Shown: positions 13,348-24,621, counted from the first letter of the stretch. The stretch: 124,000 nt of DNA from Wallemia ichthyophaga EXF-994 (GCF_000400465.1 NW_008806284.1:144001-268000); one strand, 5' to 3'. Translations and numbers: made by a program. Notes: generated by a model not told the origin, from the sequence alone.

Positions 13348-13458
13348 GGTGGTGCGGAGAGAAGACATGCACACGATTACCCAAGAGAAAGACAAAGAGA
13401 ATAAGAATAGAATATGAATAAGAAATGAATATATCTACTGCAACTGCACTGCAACTGC

Positions 13459-14562
13459 TTAAACACCCTGCAGAGAAGACGGGTGGGTCATAGCGACACC
13501 GACTTCACAGACATCCTTCAGTCTCCTGCTAACACAGTCCATCTGTCCCTGCAAGACGAGGCTGGGCAGTTTAGTTGGTTCTTGGGGGAGTTTGAAAGCG
13601 CGTGCAATGTCAGCCTCACTGAGAGCACCGAGTCCCTGGCTAGCACGCTGTTGCTGCAGCTTGCTAATTTGACCCTCAACCTTGCTCCTCTCTCTGAGTG
13701 CGTGTCTGTGGGCGAAAGCGAGCTGCGACTGCTCGTCTCTGTACGCATCGACGCTGTCGACCAGGCTGTCTACGTTGCCCTGCAGTGGGGACTCGAGGTT
13801 GATCTCAAGTGTTTTGGAGGGGTTGCGGGCGAGAGTGGTGCGTTTGTCCAAGTGTTGAGCATGAGGAGTGGCCAGGGACTGTACATACGCGCTGGTCAGC
13901 GCCGACGCCTTGATTTCCACGGGAAACTCGATGAGGATTTGGTGGAAAGTGAGCTGGTTCTCGGTAAGACACCTCTCAGTGAACTGGTTATTGCGAAGAG
14001 CGTGAACAAAGTGCTCAGCAAGTCTGTATGCTCTGAGGTTGAGATTGCCGTTGCGAGCGGAAGATTGGTCGTACACCAATACGAAGCCCTTGTTCTTGCC
14101 GAGACCACTGAGGAGTGGCGCGTAGCTGATTAGAGTCTCGCTAATGGTGGCACCATACTCTACAGCCATGTACACAGCGACAGGCTGGTCATCGAGGTCA
14201 GCGTCGTGGAGGTTACGACACATTTTGGCGTTGTATTGGTTGCGCAGAATTTTGGCTTTGCGCTCGTCTTCTTCGGAAGAGCCGAGGAATGGCTGGTAGG
14301 AGGGGAAGGCGTTGGAAATCTCGAGCGTCTGGAGTAAATCGAGGCCGAGACAAATGCCGGTGGAGCTTGTACCGGCTTCAGAGGCATGTTTGGCAATCTT
14401 GGACAGAGCGAGGCTGTCGACGGAGATTTTGTCGACAGGTGCAGAATCGTGGACAGCGTTCTGGAGATGAAGAGGAAGAGATATGCGGTGATCGTTGTCG
14501 TGTTGAGCAGCCAAAGCATTCTGCGAGGCTTCTTTCGCGGCGAGTCTCGAGGCTAACGACAT
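13459..14562 (-). CDS. eIF3h: Translation initiation factor eIF3 subunit H (MPN domain)
   Basis: VDSLALSKIAKHA, GICLGLD..TLEISNAFP, LVYDQS...GNLNLRAYRL, F.LPQEP..L.SL. Confidence 0.88.
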   Translation of the reverse strand: MSLASRLAAKEASQNALAAQHDNDHRISLPLHLQNAVHDSAPVDKISVDSLALSKIAKHASEAGTSSTGICLGLDLLQTLEISNAFPSYQPFLGSSEEDERKAKILRNQYNAKMCRNLHDADLDDQPVAVYMAVEYGATISETLISYAPLLSGLGKNKGFVLVYDQSSARNGNLNLRAYRLAEHFVHALRNNQFTERCLTENQLTFHQILIEFPVEIKASALTSAYVQSLATPHAQHLDKRTTLARNPSKTLEINLESPLQGNVDSLVDSVDAYRDEQSQLAFAHRHALRERSKVEGQISKLQQQRASQGLGALSEADIARAFKLPQEPTKLPSLVLQGQMDCVSRRLKDVCEVGVAMTHPSSLQGV

Positions 14563-14606
14563 GATGGATGGTTGTGGTTAACGTTCAAGGGGAAAGAGAA
14601 ATAAAA

Positions 14607-15309
14607 ATGGAATTATCAAAGGAGGAATATGACAGTGAGCAGATCAGGTGGGTTGGCTGTGTCTTTATCGGTGGTCTTCTCTGATTGGTCAAGGCTTATG
14701 GAGGAACGGTGCATACTGCTCAACCCAGATGATTCAATTGCTGGGGATGTTTCAAAGAAGGAATGTCATCTCATGTCGAATATAGAGAAAGGAATGCTTC
14801 ATAGGGCTTTCTCAACTTTCTTATTCCGAGAGAGTGATGGCAGGTTACTCATGCAGAAACGTGCCCAAGAGAAGATAACTTTCCCTGGTTTATGGACAAA
14901 CACCTGCTGTAGTCATCCACTCAGCGTTGTTAGCGAGATGGATGGCGTTCTCGGCGGCAAAAGAGCAGCAGTTAGAAAGTTAGATCATGAATTGGGGATT
15001 AACCAGATCAACGTCGATGACCTCGACTTCCTCACTAAAATTCACTACTTGGCGCCTTCAGATGGCCTTTGGGGGGAACATGAGATTGACTACATATACT
15101 TTGTCAAGAAAGATGTCTCTGTGGAGGTGAATGAAAACGAAGTCAGTGATATTAGATGGGTTAGCGTGGATGAGTTGAAGGAGATGCTGTCAGATGGTTA
15201 CTCCCAGTTCACCCCATGGTTTAGGATTATCGTTGAAAATTTTCTATTCAAGTGGTGGGAGAAAGGGGCAGAAGCCAGTCAAGATGGTTTGTTACACCGA
15301 CTCATTTAA
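14607..15309 (+). CDS. IDI1: Isopentenyl-diphosphate delta-isomerase (short exon 1 MELSKEEYDSEQIR, then an intron)
   Basis: LMEERCIL, LHRAFS, KITFPGLWTNTCCSHP, WGEHEIDY, FTPWF. Confidence 0.96.
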
Positions 15310-15639
15310 GAAGTTTGAAATGTGATTGAGTAGTTTTGAGGAAGTGTTTGTCGTTGTGATGTAATCTTGGTTGTTGTTCTCCGTAGTGTGGTTGGTTGTA
15401 GTGGGGAGATGATCAACCAACACCTTGAATTGGTTAGACTGTTTAATCAAATCGGTTGTGAGTTCGAATATGGCTGAGTGTAGTTCATTCTCATTTAATT
15501 GATTTGGGTTGCTGTGAGTAATATCAAATTCTTGGTTTACTTGTTTAAACTGCGATTTATCTGTAGCGAAATTGATTGTTGAGTAGATGACCATTATAAT
15601 ACTATCCAGTGTGAGCTGCATCTGCGTCAGTCTGTCCAT
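15292..15639 (-). CDS. MED21: Mediator subunit Med21 (Srb7)
   Basis: MDRLTQMQ.TLD, ELTTDLIKQSNQFKVLVDHLP, and a size of ~115 aa typical of Med21. Confidence 0.75.
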   Translation of the reverse strand: MDRLTQMQLTLDSIIMVIYSTINFATDKSQFKQVNQEFDITHSNPNQLNENELHSAIFELTTDLIKQSNQFKVLVDHLPTTTNHTTENNNQDYITTTNTSSKLLNHISNFLNESV

Positions 15640-15682
15640 TTCCATTTTATACGTTGATGATGGCTGTTGGTTGTCAACGTCG

Positions 15683-16873
15683 ATGAGCCTCTTACCTCAT
15701 AACGCTTTCTACAACGCATCGAGGTATCGTAACAGCAATTCCATAAAGCTAGCTGGCTTGACTGGCGGTGATCTTGATATCCGTGGTGATAGTGATGGCG
15801 ACACACACACACAAACAACCGCACCAACTCACCCTGCCATCTCCACTACCACCGCGACCCGTTCCCTTTCTTCTGTTTCTTCTACTCCCCCTCCAGACTT
15901 CTCTAGCTCCCCTCGAACCATCCCCATCCGCAGAAACAACCGTCTTCTGCGCAACTACCAGCTATCCCCCGCCAATCTACGTTTCTGTTGCTCTGGCCAT
16001 ATTGTTACCAGCAAAGACAACCCAATTCCCTTCATCTGTTCCATTTTCCTCGTTTTGGCCATCCCCGCTGTCTTCTTTGGTCGGATAGGCGTTGACTTAT
16101 GGTACACGCTCTCCCCCGCCGTACCTATCATAGCTGCGTATTTAACCCTTTTAGTCTGGTGCTCCATGTTCAAAACTGCCTTTGCAGATCCAGGTGTTCT
16201 ACCCGTCGACATTGACAAGAACGCTGTCGACACATTCCCCCGCGATGTTTCTCTGCGCCATACGCATTTCCTCTCACTCAAATACTGCGAAACGTGCCAC
16301 ATATATCGCCCTCCACGCGCGAGTCACTGTCGTCTCTGCAACAGCTGCGTCGACGGTATAGACCACCACTGCTCCTTCCTCAACATATGCATAGGACGAC
16401 GCAACTACCCGTCTTTCCTAACTTTCTGCGGTCTGACAGTGGTGACACTCGCTTACTACACCGCCTTCGCTGCGGTGCACCTCTACCAACTTACGCAGGA
16501 CACGCGCGTGTCGACCTCGCAGTCCTTCGGTGGGGCATTGCGTCAGGATCCCGCTAGTGCCGTCGTGTTCGTAGTTGCAATACTCTTTCTCATTCCCCTC
16601 GCTTTCCTTCTCGCTTACCACGCACGTCTCACTCTCATCAATAGCACCACTATCGAACAGCTTCGAGAGAAGGCTGTCGATAGGGCTAGGAAGGATGGTG
16701 AGCTAGGAGGTGGAGGTGAGAACCCATTTGTTGGTGACGATTCTAACCCTTTTTCCCTTGGCCCTGTCGCTAATGTCCAGTGGATGGCTTTTCGCCCTGG
16801 CTCCAATTATTCCCATGCACGCTTCTCGGCGGTTGCTCAACGCGATGCTAGAAGGGGTGGTGGAGGTGTTTAA
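15683..16873 (+). CDS. ERF2: DHHC palmitoyltransferase, Erf2-like
   Basis: TAFADPGVLP, KYCETCHIYRPPRASHCRLCNSCVDGIDHHC, TTIEQLR, NPFS. Confidence 0.92.
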   Translation: MSLLPHNAFYNASRYRNSNSIKLAGLTGGDLDIRGDSDGDTHTQTTAPTHPAISTTTATRSLSSVSSTPPPDFSSSPRTIPIRRNNRLLRNYQLSPANLRFCCSGHIVTSKDNPIPFICSIFLVLAIPAVFFGRIGVDLWYTLSPAVPIIAAYLTLLVWCSMFKTAFADPGVLPVDIDKNAVDTFPRDVSLRHTHFLSLKYCETCHIYRPPRASHCRLCNSCVDGIDHHCSFLNICIGRRNYPSFLTFCGLTVVTLAYYTAFAAVHLYQLTQDTRVSTSQSFGGALRQDPASAVVFVVAILFLIPLAFLLAYHARLTLINSTTIEQLREKAVDRARKDGELGGGGENPFVGDDSNPFSLGPVANVQWMAFRPGSNYSHARFSAVAQRDARRGGGGV

Positions 16874-17123
16874 GTGTGGCTCTAGCTGCTCTGGTTACTT
16901 TCATTACCCTGATTACACTCATTACCCTCATTACCCTCACCAACCCACTCATTACCATAGAATTGTACTATCTATATCTGCGATACCTACCATTCCTACA
17001 CTAATACAACATTTAATGCGCAATAACCCAAAATTAAAATTTGCTACATCGCGTCATAGGAGATTGACGCGTCGCGTCGCGCGTTGACCAACACAACGAA
17101 AGAAGCGAGAGAAAGGGGGAAGA

Positions 17124-18002
17124 ATGAGCGAGAAGGCAGTAAACGCGAACAGCAACAATAGCGCCATCAACTACGCAAATTATGCATCAGAATTCCTCAC
17201 GTGCCATCTAGGCTACACGCCGCTGGCGCTAGTGGACGACTATGTGAACCACTTCAATGAGCCGGTGGGGGGGATAATGGATGCGATAGAAGATTTCTTC
17301 GTTGCGCTGCTAGCTGAGCAGGGGCTGGACCTCGATGGGGATGGGCGCGTACAGGGCGAGGTGCGCGCGGGCATACACCGTCTTCAAACCCTCCTCGAGC
17401 ATCTAATCGATAAGAACGTAGACAAACTCGAGATATACCTCCTCCGCAACATCCTCACTCTCCCCTCTGAGCTCGCGTGCGTTCCCACCGCGTTTCTCCC
17501 TCACTACCGGGAGCTGGATCTGGAGGCGGCGGGCCAAGGCGCAGACGACCACGATTCCGACACAAACGCGCTGGAAATAAGCCTGGATGGCAAACGGGGC
17601 GAATTGGCTAGGCTGGAGAAGATTAACCGGCGTTTACGCGCAGTCGAGAGGGGGAAGAAGCGCACTGTGGATCGCTCGCTTGCTCAATCTACCCACCGTA
17701 AAGCCCTCCTCGCCCAACTAGCAAGCGTCGCCGACAGACACGTCACCCTCGCTGCTAATGTCCGCTCCATGCATAGCTCCCACCTCCTCCTCAAGGATGC
17801 TGAGCCATTTGGTGTCGTTTTGGGTGGTGCGCAGGATCCACAGGATTCACAGCACTCCTCCCATCCCTGGCAATCCGGTCGCATCGGCTACCTTAATTGG
17901 CAGACTAGCCGGCTCGTGAGCGACGAAGGCGTCGGGTTCGTCAAGGGCCAGCTCGAGCACGTCGCTGCAGTTGGCGATTTACAGCGGTTGCTCGGTGTTT
18001 GA
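17124..18002 (+). CDS. MIS12: Kinetochore protein Mis12/Mtw1
   Basis: FLTCHLGYTPLALVDDYVN; GIHRLQTLLEHLIDKNVDKLEIYLLRNILTLP. Confidence 0.85.
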   Translation: MSEKAVNANSNNSAINYANYASEFLTCHLGYTPLALVDDYVNHFNEPVGGIMDAIEDFFVALLAEQGLDLDGDGRVQGEVRAGIHRLQTLLEHLIDKNVDKLEIYLLRNILTLPSELACVPTAFLPHYRELDLEAAGQGADDHDSDTNALEISLDGKRGELARLEKINRRLRAVERGKKRTVDRSLAQSTHRKALLAQLASVADRHVTLAANVRSMHSSHLLLKDAEPFGVVLGGAQDPQDSQHSSHPWQSGRIGYLNWQTSRLVSDEGVGFVKGQLEHVAAVGDLQRLLGV

Positions 18003-18135
18003 GAGGGATGTACTATGTCGTATTCGCTAGACTGCTAGATTGTAACATGATTGCTTGAGATTGTTGTATGTATTTATAACTTTATTTGATTACATTTGAT
18101 TCTGTTCATCTGTAGCCCGAGTTTTATCTATCGTA

Positions 18136-19626
18136 ATGACGCCGACGCCGACGCCGACTCGAAAACGGAAAGCACCGCCCGGTCCACTCTACGTGGTGCG
18201 CTCACACGAGCACAGCGTCACGCAGGTATCGCTCGCGCCCACAGCGCACCACCTCGTCAGCGGGGATGACGGGGGAGGTGTGTGCATCACGTCTCTGCGC
18301 ACCATGCGCTGCGTGCGGCAATGGGCGGCTCACAGCGACAGTGTCCTCACTTTGCAGTGGCTAGATAACTACACGCTTCTCTCACACGGCCGAGATAATC
18401 TGGTTAAGGTTTGGAGCGTGTCTGGGGCGTGCGGTGACAGCGACGACAACAACGACAACAACGACAGCGACGACACATACACTCCACCTCCCCTAACGCA
18501 CGAGTTTCACGTCAATGCACTCAATTTTTGTAATGTCAGTGCGTGCACGGTGCAGACACAGACACATGCACAGACACAGGCACAAACGCTCTGGGTAGCA
18601 GCTCCACATCTGGCAGATTCAGCGAGGGTGAGTGCCAAGTGCCAAGTGCTAAATGGGCACAGCGAGCACTCTGACGGAGACGCGCACACGCAAGCACATA
18701 CTCACACACGCTCACACACGCACAGATTGATGTCTGGGAGTTACCATCGACGAAACGCGTACACCGCTCCATTGGTGTGGGTGAAATTAGCCACTTTCAC
18801 TATCCAGACGGTCGCGGCGAAGCTAAGACAGGTGGGTGAAGTGTTGGAGTGGTTGAGCGGCTTTGCGAGGCGCATCTCACCCTTTCCTCGCATTTTATAT
18901 CTCACCCTCTCTCCACAGGTCTCTGCATGGCGCTGGAGATGTATGAATATAGTCAGTGTCGGCAGCACGAGCAAGAGCAGGAGCACACACCCTCTCTCAG
19001 ACTGCTGGCGGCTTACGAAGACGGCAGCTTGGTGCTTTTTGAACTGGGTCACTCTCGCTGGATCCAGCTCTGGCGCGTGCGTTTGCACAACGAGGCTAGT
19101 AAGTGGGGCTGTTATCAGCCGAGCTGAGCTGAGCGTCTTGGCGCCGTTGCTGACTTCTCGCTCAGTCATGGACTTGTGCGTCACAAGCGATAAGCGTTAC
19201 GCGTATACTGTCAGTGTCGATAGGTGTGTTGCCAAGTATGATTTGAGGGATGGGCGAGATGTGCAAGACGTGCAAAGGGTGCCAAAGGTGCAGCATAAAC
19301 AAAGCACTTCAGAGATACCCCTCGCAACCCCTCTCACACACTCCTACACCACCAAATCGAATGGCCATTCGAGCATTAGCGTGCGCATGGATGGGAGGGT
19401 GCTCGCTGTTGGCTGCTGGAACGGTAGTGTCGAGCTGTATTCAACCAAAAGCATGAAACTCGTTGGTGTACTGGATATGCATCGCCAGTCTGTGTCAGCG
19501 TTGACCTTTTCGACTGTCAACTCACGTGATATACTTGATGACGGCATTATTGAGGCTCCTCTAAACGCACTTCTAGTCACTGGTGGTCGTGATGAGCGGG
19601 TAGCTATCTACGAGATTGACTTGTGA
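18136..19626 (+). CDS. ASA1: WD40 protein, ASTRA-associated protein 1 (introns 18628-18725, 18832-18918, 19099-19165)
   Basis: After splicing: LSHGRDN, FCN, IDVWELPSTKR, GLCMAL, LLAAYEDGS, VRMDGRVLAVGCW, GGRDERVAIY. Confidence 0.82.
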   Translation: MTPTPTPTRKRKAPPGPLYVVRSHEHSVTQVSLAPTAHHLVSGDDGGGVCITSLRTMRCVRQWAAHSDSVLTLQWLDNYTLLSHGRDNLVKVWSVSGACGDSDDNNDNNDSDDTYTPPPLTHEFHVNALNFCNVSACTVQTQTHAQTQAQTLWVAAPHLADSARVSAKCQVLNGHSEHSDGDAHTQAHTHTRSHTHRLMSGSYHRRNAYTAPLVWVKLATFTIQTVAAKLRQVGEVLEWLSGFARRISPFPRILYLTLSPQVSAWRWRCMNIVSVGSTSKSRSTHPLSDCWRLTKTAAWCFLNWVTLAGSSSGACVCTTRLVSGAVISRAELSVLAPLLTSRSVMDLCVTSDKRYAYTVSVDRCVAKYDLRDGRDVQDVQRVPKVQHKQSTSEIPLATPLTHSYTTKSNGHSSISVRMDGRVLAVGCWNGSVELYSTKSMKLVGVLDMHRQSVSALTFSTVNSRDILDDGIIEAPLNALLVTGGRDERVAIYEIDL

Positions 19627-19798
19627 ACGCTGAAAGATGTAAAATATGTATGTGAATATGTACAGGTATCCATGTGTCCATGAGTGAATGTGTCCATGAG
19701 TGAATGTGTGTGTGTGTGTGTGCGTGTGTTGTGGTTGTTGACCGTCGTCTATTGGGAGTCCTGGAAAAGTGAGACAAAGATATAAAAACCACGTCAAA

Positions 19799-20328
19799 TT
19801 AATGTATCTCGTCATGCGAGTTCTGGCTGCTTCTTAGCAGATTGGATTGAGAGTGGTTGTTGTTGTTGCCGAATAGCGGTGCCACAAATTCATCGAGGAG
19901 GAGAGTGGAGTTGGGTCTAGTAGGTGAGTAGAGTGTTTCTGGTCTCGGGAGGTAGTTGTTGTCCGTTTTGATACGCGGGAGTGGCCTCGGTAGTCGTTGC
20001 TCGAGGTCAATAGCGCTGTCTTTGCTGTGCTCACTCCCGTCGCTGCCCTTCTCCACCACCTCTTCCACATTCTCGCGCCTGGTATTTGGTTTCCTCTTGT
20101 TGAAGCCGCGATAGAAGTTGTCTGGATCTGATGCATGTTAGCATAGCGGCCAACATAATTCGCCTGATACTCACAATACGACTGACTGTCCTTATGGTGC
20201 TTCGGCGTGCGCTTGACATATTGCTGCACGCCCCACATTACCAACATCAGAAAGAGGAGGATACCTACGATAATAGCAACAATTATCGCGGGGAAGTACT
20301 TGTTGTCTGGATTTGTCACGTCGCCCAT
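19799..20328 (-). CDS. Small single-pass membrane protein, hypothetical (probably 2 exons)
   Basis: N-terminal TM segment FPAIIVAIIVGILLFLMLVMWGV followed by basic residues; the downstream ORF at 19799-20068 is Ser/Pro-rich. Confidence 0.55.
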
Positions 20329-20665
20329 TTAATTTATCAATGCAACTTGGACGCACGCTCTTGAGGACGTGAATATCGGACGCGGTAATTGGTAATTTTT
20401 TTGACAAAAAGCGTATTTCAGCGGCTGTAGAGTGGTTTAGGGTGTTATTGACAGTTTATTTGTACTATACGCGTGCTTTCCATTCGGGGCTTTTTGGAAA
20501 TTTGTTTGGCTAAAAATGGAAGGCGGTGATCTACACGCGGATATAAACGCTAATCTATGCGCTGACCACTTCCACTCAATACTTTTCCATCTTTGAGGAC
20601 ATGAGGACGCCGCCTTAACTTTGTAACTGAATTGGATCGGTGTCAGTGCGTAATTGTGTGAGTGC

Positions 20666-21507
20666 ATGAATATGGACTATTATACCACGTGCAACACTCT
20701 TCTCAAGGTATTCTGGGTTCTCGGGCCATTTGCTTTATTCTACGATGCCCCATTTGGAAGATTTGGGGATGGTGCTAGCAGGTTTAGCCTGAATGGTGGG
20801 TATGGGTGTGGTTTACTCTCCTCTAACCAGCCACAGGCAGAATTACATGGTTTATAATGGAGTTGCTGTCGCCGCTGTCTTTCGTAGCAGCTGTGGGCAC
20901 TAGTGTTAGTACTCCACTCAACACCCTTCAAACCACAGCCACAGCCCTCTTCCTCGCACATTACCTCAATAGAGCTGTAATCTACCCACTTCTGAGCCCC
21001 TCTTCATCCCCATCCCACTTGCTGGTACTTGTATCTGCAGCCACATTCAACATAGCCAATGGCAGCCTGCAGGGGAAATATATAGCCGAACTAGATGTTT
21101 TTGATGGATTCGGCCGCATTGGTGTATTTGGAATACTCCTTACGCTGCTTGGATTCGCTGGAAACGTCTACCACGATTCAATACTCTTCAAGATAAAGAG
21201 GGAGTGTAACGGCGGCTATGAAATTCCCCAGCGTGGCCTATTCAAACATATCAGCTATCCAAATTACTTTTGGTGGGTGCTGTGTGTTTACCAGGTTACG
21301 TCACTAACCAACACAACCAGCGAATGGATCGAATGGTCGGGATACGCACTATTCACCCACTCTACAAGCACAAAAGATCCTCCAATCATGTTCATAATCG
21401 CTCTCCTCGCTACAATGGCCCCACGCGCATACAAAGGTCATCAGTGGTACAAATCCAACTTCAAGTACCCAGAATCGCGCAAGATTGTAATCCCGTGGCT
21501 CTTTTAA
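20666..21507 (+). CDS. 3-oxo-5-alpha-steroid 4-dehydrogenase (steroid 5-alpha-reductase family), multi-exon
   Basis: DAPFGRF, WFIMEL, HYLNRAVIYP, FNIANG, NVYHD.IL, YEIPQRGLF..ISYPNYF.EWIEW, PRA...HQWY...F. Confidence 0.9.
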
Positions 21508-21592
21508 GTGGCCACGTACAAATAAATTGATTTATCACCAAATGTCCTCTTGCACCTTTACGCCAATCATCCATCTCAACAAATCCTAAGAA

Positions 21593-23182
21593 ATGGCTGT
21601 GCCAGTTGAAAAAGAGGAGGCTGCTGCTAATACGCAGGCTCCCACTCAAACTACCCCGCCAAATCTCCTCAGCGCGCCTCCTTCCCGCTTCGAGAAGCCA
21701 GCCGGCGTAAATACGACAAAGTGGGCAAACGCAGCTCAGGCGCACACCCACAGCTAACAACTCCGCAGCTTTCCAGGACATGCCAATCCGCCACTTCCTA
21801 TCGAGGGCAACGGCTACTTCAGCAATGCGCAATTCATCGCTCTTATCATCGCTGTGCCATACTTGCTCAAGCGCTTGATTCCCTACTTTAACACTGGCTT
21901 CAAGACCTACGTATTCCTCTTCATCCTCACTGGTCCCTTCTCCGCTATCGCGTATTGGACTGTCATGTCCACCTACGGTCCACGCAAGAACGACAAGGTG
22001 GCCCTTCCTAACCGTCCAATTGAAGAATACCTCGATATCAAGGACCCTGAAATGAAGCAGCACTTCCACGGCCACAACAAGATCAATTACCAGCAATTTC
22101 ACGACGCTTACTTTGAAGGCAAAATCGATGTAAAGGGCGACATGCTCGACACCCTCGAATACCGCCACGACTGGGCAACCTTCAACTTCACCCCTAAACT
22201 CTTCAAGTATGTTGTTTTCAAGATGCTCCCTGACGTCATCTTCCACTCCCAATCACAAGACGAAGATCAGATCCAGGATGTGTACGACCGCGGTGATGAC
22301 TTCTACGAATGGTTCCTCGGCCCCCGTATGGTATACACTAGTGGCATGGTTCGCGACACCACCCGCGCTGAGACACTCGAAGAGCTCCAGGACAACAAGC
22401 TCAGTATGGTATGCGAGAAGCTAGACTTGCAGAAGGGTGATAGGATGCTTGATGTGGGATGTGGATGGGGCACTCTCGCAGCGTTCGCTGCTAAAAACTT
22501 TGATGCGGACGTCACTGGAATCACACTCTCCAAGAACCAGGCGGCCTTTGGTAACGAACGTATAGCAAAGAATGGCATTTCCTCTGAGCAGGCTAGGGTG
22601 CTCAATAAGGACTACCGTGATATCCCACGCAACACTTTCAATAAAATCAGCTGCCTCGAGATGGCTGAGCATGTCGGTATTCGTCGCTACGCCTCTTTCT
22701 TGAATGACATTTACAACCTCCTCGACGACGACGGCGTGATGGTTTTCCAGGTTGCTGGATTGCGTCCTCATTGGCAGTACGAGGATCTCGTCTGGGGGTT
22801 GTTTATGAACGAGTACATCTTCCCTGGTGCTGACGCATCTTGCTCGCTCGGCTGGGTCGTCAATCAGCTTGAAAACGCTGGTTTCGAGGTAAAATCGATC
22901 GATGTTCTCGGTGTGCACTACTCGGTCACTATATTGAGATGGTACAATAACTGGATCGCCAATAAGGACAAGGTGATAGAGAAGTACGGTGAGAAGTGGT
23001 TTAGAATCTGGACATTCTTCCTCGCTTCCTCAATTATCATTGCCAGGAACGGCGGGTCGTCGGTGTTCCAGATTACCGTACATAAGAACCTCAACGCTAC
23101 GCGTCGTGTCGATGGCATTGCTAGCCACCACGCTCCTATGAACCGGTTCAAACCATCTTATGCGTCTGTGGCTTCGGAGTAG
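21593..23182 (+). CDS. Sphingolipid C9-methyltransferase (CFA-synthase-like SAM methyltransferase), intron at ~21721-21771
   Basis: Spliced N-terminus NPPLPIEGNG; HSQSQDEDQIQDVYDRGDDFYEWFLGPRMVYTSG, LDVGCGWG, CLEMAEHVG, YIFPGADAS. Confidence 0.9.
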
Positions 23183-23277
23183 ATAGTTTACGTGCTGCTA
23201 TCATGTATACGAATCTATATTACAAGATTATTCTATAGGTGTGCTATAGAAATCATGTCAAGGTGTTATTAGGTATT

Positions 23278-24621
23278 TCATTTATGCACCAATCCATCAC
23301 ACCATTTGAATATATCCTCCCATATCTCACTCCTCTGACTTTCATTCCAGTAGCCCAAGATGAGAAGATCGTGTACACCATCTGTGGCGACATTAGTAGT
23401 GAGATCTACTTTATTGCGTTCCATGCGCTCCACTAGGACCTTTATCTCATCTTCCAGCCGCTCGGCAGTACCGTAAGAGACAAAAGCGGGCGGGAACTTG
23501 TCGAAGAGGTCCTCCTCATCCTTGAGGTGCTGTGACGATGGACTGATGTACGGTGAGTGTACGGATATGTGCTGCGGCAGAATACTGTGCCTGAGGCTCT
23601 TCCTTCGCTTGTCGTCTCCTCGCTGCTTGAACAGAGATTTGTTGATGAATGTATGAGATTGTTGTTGTGTGCAAGTGGGGCAGCCTTGCCCGTTTCCGGC
23701 CGTACATCCGATGAAGGACTCAATTATGATAGCGCGCGGCATTGGCGTGTCCATGAGATAGTCAGCCCCTGCATTCGGACGCTTCCTCTTAGCAACTGGA
23801 TCGAATGGGTAGCTGAAAGAAGGATCACACCATGGCGATAGCAGTAGTAGGCCGGCTGGTGTATCATGCAATCTCTCATCGCGTATAAATCTCCCCAATG
23901 CCAACGCAAGATTTCCACCGGCGGAATCACCAATAATCACTATCCGCGAAGGAGGCACTTTGCGTTGGTTGATGAGATTGTCAAAAACACTGGCAACATC
24001 GAGCAGCGCACCGGGAAATGCACTGTGATGGATAAGTCGATATTCCACAGAGTGTATCTCGAGAAAAGACCCTGCCTCCATTAGCCGCTTCGGGATGATG
24101 GACGTTGAACAGTTCTCGTCGGCGGACATGTGCACATAAGCACCCCCGTGTATAGCAATACCCACTAGAGGGAGAGTGGCAGATTCCATCTCAGCGCCAT
24201 TGCGATCCCGATCGCGCTCATCCTCACGGTCGTCATATGTCTTATCGTGGCGATGACGCGGCCAAATGTATGTACCCACTTTGGAATGGGTATCCTGGCC
24301 ATCTACATCGAGCACTCCTATCTGCTTCTCGATGGGCAATGTTGGTACGAATTTGAAGTAGGTGTGTTTGCCATGCCTGCCAAATGAGAAAGGGTCCTTC
24401 ACATGGAAAGAGAGGTTTGAAAGCTCAGTCATTCTGTGCATCCTCTGTAGAAACTTGACAGATATGGCTTGCATAATACTCCATGTAGGGCGTGGTCGGT
24501 TACGCTTGGACAGGAAGGTGACAGCATGGATAGGCACCATCAGCAGCGCGACAGAGACCATGTAAGCGCAGTAGAATACGCGCATTACGCTCCCCGAGTA
24601 CTTCAAATGGGGGTGGCGCAT
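23278..24621 (-). CDS. Alpha/beta hydrolase (HSL/Abhydrolase_3 family), candidate ErdH-like lipid deacylase
   Basis: N-terminal hydrophobic anchor plus RPRPTWS; HGGAY oxyanion motif; GDSAGG nucleophile; LLLSPW, AGADYL, HDLL. Confidence 0.88.
   Translation of the reverse strand: MRHPHLKYSGSVMRVFYCAYMVSVALLMVPIHAVTFLSKRNRPRPTWSIMQAISVKFLQRMHRMTELSNLSFHVKDPFSFGRHGKHTYFKFVPTLPIEKQIGVLDVDGQDTHSKVGTYIWPRHRHDKTYDDREDERDRDRNGAEMESATLPLVGIAIHGGAYVHMSADENCSTSIIPKRLMEAGSFLEIHSVEYRLIHHSAFPGALLDVASVFDNLINQRKVPPSRIVIIGDSAGGNLALALGRFIRDERLHDTPAGLLLLSPWCDPSFSYPFDPVAKRKRPNAGADYLMDTPMPRAIIIESFIGCTAGNGQGCPTCTQQQSHTFINKSLFKQRGDDKRRKSLRHSILPQHISVHSPYISPSSQHLKDEEDLFDKFPPAFVSYGTAERLEDEIKVLVERMERNKVDLTTNVATDGVHDLLILGYWNESQRSEIWEDIFKWCDGLVHK

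Noticed and set aside
16900-16960. CATTACCCT repeats resembling telomeric sequence
   Set aside because: Only 3-4 imperfect units in a 3' UTR; not TTAGGG; ordinary low-complexity sequence.
19670-19730. Duplicated 16-mer TCCATGAGTGAATGTG followed by (TG)n
   Set aside because: Simple microsatellite expansion in a convergent 3' region; no spacer structure, so not CRISPR-like.
21461-22252. 263-aa antisense ORF over the C9-methyltransferase
   Set aside because: Mirror of the sense-strand codon pattern; no motifs.
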